A program made the translations under genes and the position numbers. Below the pieces are notes generated by a model that was not told the DNA's origin, searched no databases, and was given only the letters and a program-made list of their open reading frames with translations. A DNA stretch of 64,000 nucleotides. Source: Macrostomum lignano (taxonomy: Eukaryota). Positions within the stretch are counted from its first letter, which is position 1. Each line of letters begins with the position of its first letter. Shown here one piece after another: positions 61,062 through 64,000 of the stretch. Location: contig NIVC01000409.1 in NCBI GenBank assembly GCA_002269645.1, forward strand, positions 124,001 through 188,000. The letters are read 5' to 3'.

Positions 61062-64000
61062 TTTTTTGTTTTGGTTAGGGTATTAACGGCCTGAAGCTCT
61101 AGCTTAACCTCCCAGATGAAAACAAGGCATGGGTTTAGTCTGCTGCTTTAGCAGTTTATAATAAATTTGAGTGGATACGATGCAAAATATCCCTTCCCCC
61201 CCCCCAGATAATGCAATATTTTGCAATGCACATCTGCGCTTATTTTGAGGGATTTAAGGATATTGGGATAATTCTCGTTGCCATGCAGTTAATGGGGGAA
61301 CAGTGAGATATGAGGGTATTGCTTTGGGCTGCGCCGCATAGCTACGTAATGATGGGCAGCAGAGGCTGTAAAAGTTGCGATCCTTTTCCCCTAAGGCAGC
61401 TCACAATCTCTCAACGGAGCAGCTCTCAGGACAATTGCAAAGGTTTGCTTCCAAAAAGACAGGCCAGAATTAGTGTTAGAAAATTCACTCATCATATTAC
61501 ATTGTATAAATAGTCCACTGTCACGCATTTTTATGGCTTTGGATGCGATTAAGTCGACTTGGATATTTGCTGTAGGCTCTGGGTTGATTACCATTCTTCC
61601 AATCCTTTCGACTGAGGCAGCTGTCAGGAGCGGCCAGGGGGAAGGCATGAGCGGGGCCGCAGCCCCCACCCCCATTTGATTGTCAGATGTCGTGTCGGCA
61701 GAAGCTCCCGCCTCCGCCGCGGCAGCTTTACGCGTCTCGCCCGGCCTCCTCACTGCCACTTTGAGGGTCGGCTTCGTATGAGCGGATGCGCAGCTTCCAA
61801 AGGCCGGCGTTTGATGAAGCTGTCGTGTGGATAACGCCGCATCAAGGCGTCCGACAGGTATCGAATGGATGTGAAGCCTGTGACGTCGGTGCGCTTTAGG
61901 ATGGCATATACCATTAGGCCCGCGGCAGGGACCTCTCGGTTGACTGCAAGCAGCCCTTCGGGACCTCGTCAGCAGAGGTAACGACGCTCCTGGCTGGAAC
62001 CCTGATTCTGTGCCTTTCGGTCCGGGGGCGTTTGTCCTCTCTTCAGAAGGCTAGATTGAGGTCCCAGCTCTGCTGTGAAGCCAGAAGCTCAAGGAGTCAG
62101 CATCACCGGGCCACATCCCTAGTCGCATTCGAGGGAATTTTCATAGGCCTGCCCTTTAGATTAAGCTTCCACAATGGGCCATCAACAGTGCGACTTAACT
62201 GCTTCAGCTGATCGGGGGACAGGCGCACATCCTTCCCCAGGATGGCAACCGTCGGTTGCCTCTGGGCCGCAACAGAGTAGGAGGCCCAGGGTTCGGTGGA
62301 GCCTTGATCAGGTGGGCTGTCCATCCTCCCGGCTGCATCAGCCTCCCTATCCTGGGCAGGAGACTTCAGTGGTCTCAGGGCCCTTCTTCCGTCGCTGCCC
62401 CTACCGCCGAAATTGGAAATCTTCCCCTGTCACGAGGCGTTAGCCCCTGGCGCTGTTTAAGCTTCCACCCTCCTTGGCCCGCCTCCTTGTTAAGCCGGCG
62501 GCGGGCAGCTCCAGAGGTGATGCTTAGTTGCTTGGTAGTGTTGCATAGGGAAAGAGACAATGAAGTTATCGCGGATCAAGCCGCATCTTATTTTTTCTGC
62601 TTATTTGTTTCTTTAGGCTCACTTTTCGCATATATAAACTAAAGCGTTGGTAGGGGGAGAGCCATAAACAGAGAAGTTAGCGCAAAAGTACAAGTACGCA
62701 GCAGGTAGCTGGAGTGGCAGGTGTTTTCTCGGAGGCACCGCTCAGAGTTCTTCTCGGCGTCCCCGATGGTAGCAGATGGTATGGCCACGTAGTCCAGGGC
62801 CCCGGCCGATGCCCGGAGGCAGTGTGTCATCCACAGCCGGCAGGTTACTTTGACTAGAAGCCATTAGCAGGAAGTAAAAGGTGGGACTTCCTGCAGAACA
62901 CAGGCAAAGAGCCGCTAGGCCGCAACCCCAAACCAAGTGGCAGGTCCGCAAAATAGAAGAATACCACCCTGTGAGGGGACCCAAAAGCCCAGGGGGGACC
63001 GTTTGCGACCAGACTACTCCCTGGCCAAGCGTCCATTAGCACGGAGTTACACTGGGACCTTGGAGGGTGCGTTTTCATGGTCAAACCAGGACCTCGGCAC
63101 GAACGAATCAGCTTGGCAAGGCCCCATGAGGCCTGTCTTAACACCCACATGACGAGTACCTTCAGAGTGCAAGGTGAAAGGCAGGAGACGGACTCTTGAG
63201 CTATCAGCCCGCCAGAGAAGGCAGGAGTGAGCATCGCTAGCTGAAAAAGAGGCCATACCAGACTCACACTGCACAGATAGTTTACCACGAAATTTTGTGC
63301 AGGACCCAGGGTCATAAGGGCAACATCCTAGGGCAACTAATACGTGAGCATGGTAGCTATCCATTGAGTGCAACTAAGTATCGGAAATATAATAATTAAC
63401 TTTTTCACTTTGCAAATCTGAAATTTTTCCTCTCGCAAGCTCACGCTAAGTAAATTTTGTAAGATGACGACGCGCGCTTCATTATTAGTCATGTATCTCT
63501 ATCCGTTATGATGCAACCCGGTCGTGGGACTAGTTCAGGATCTAGGATGGAATACCAGGGTAGAAGAAAAGCTACTTCCCTCAGTTGATTTTGGGTAGCT
63601 TGAGTTGTGATTGAGAGTCCGAGGTTCCTCGAATTAAACTAGCAGCTCCGGAGTGTTTTATATTATAGTACTCGTAGGTACTCGCCAGAGGCGTGGACGC
63701 CACCAGCTACACCTGGAAAATTTCATTAATGAAAGCAGACTCCCAGCCTACTACGGCAACGAATTGGGAGCCATGCCTATAGTTTAGCCCTGGTTGATAT
63801 TGATACAAGGGACTCTGTGCAAGCTGCCGCTCAAGTAGCCTAGACGAATGCCAAAACCAGGATTTTAGAGCAGGGGATCCAGTTGACCAAGAGTATCCAC
63901 AGGGTTTCGCTATTCCCCAATTCCCCAGGGTTCGTGCTCTGAGATAAGAGACAGCGCTAAAACTGAGATTTCTCCCTCAACTATGGGCTTGCATGCGCTA

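Noticed and set aside
61930-61980. Hammerhead-like CTGACGA...GAAG...GTC on the minus strand (also CTGACGAG in the 56-kb foldback)
   Set aside because: Lacks the invariant GAAA (A15.1), and stem I does not close at the cleavage site.

Overview
Eukaryotic animal genomic DNA with GT-AG introns and no prokaryotic features. Gene content, GC level and minisatellite-packed introns suggest a free-living flatworm such as Macrostomum (inference only). (1) 1-17.7 kb: an innate-immunity-like block with the 3' end of a perforin-2/MPEG1 gene and a family of secreted PAN/apple + F-type (fucose-binding) lectin genes, interleaved with a Mutator-like MITE, a decayed Tc1 hit by a Ty3/gypsy LTR element, and an unclassified 4-kb palindrome-rich element. 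(2) 20-42.4 kb: four co-oriented minus-strand housekeeping genes: a protein carrying only the TOX4 C-terminal zinc module, CCR4/CNOT6, menin and SLC25A51/52. Splice junctions were reconstructed in frame by hand, and nearly every intron is filled by its own tandem array, mostly with 20-30-bp units. (3) 42.5-57 kb: decayed transposons, including a mariner split by two nested hAT-type insertions and a Mutator foldback element. (4) 58-64 kb: a third intact lectin gene in an inverted duplication of the 3.5-5.1 kb unit, flanked by unclassified GC-rich remnants. Most long ORFs in the ORF track are artefacts of stop-free tandem repeats. Protein identifications rest on remembered family motifs; no database search was run.
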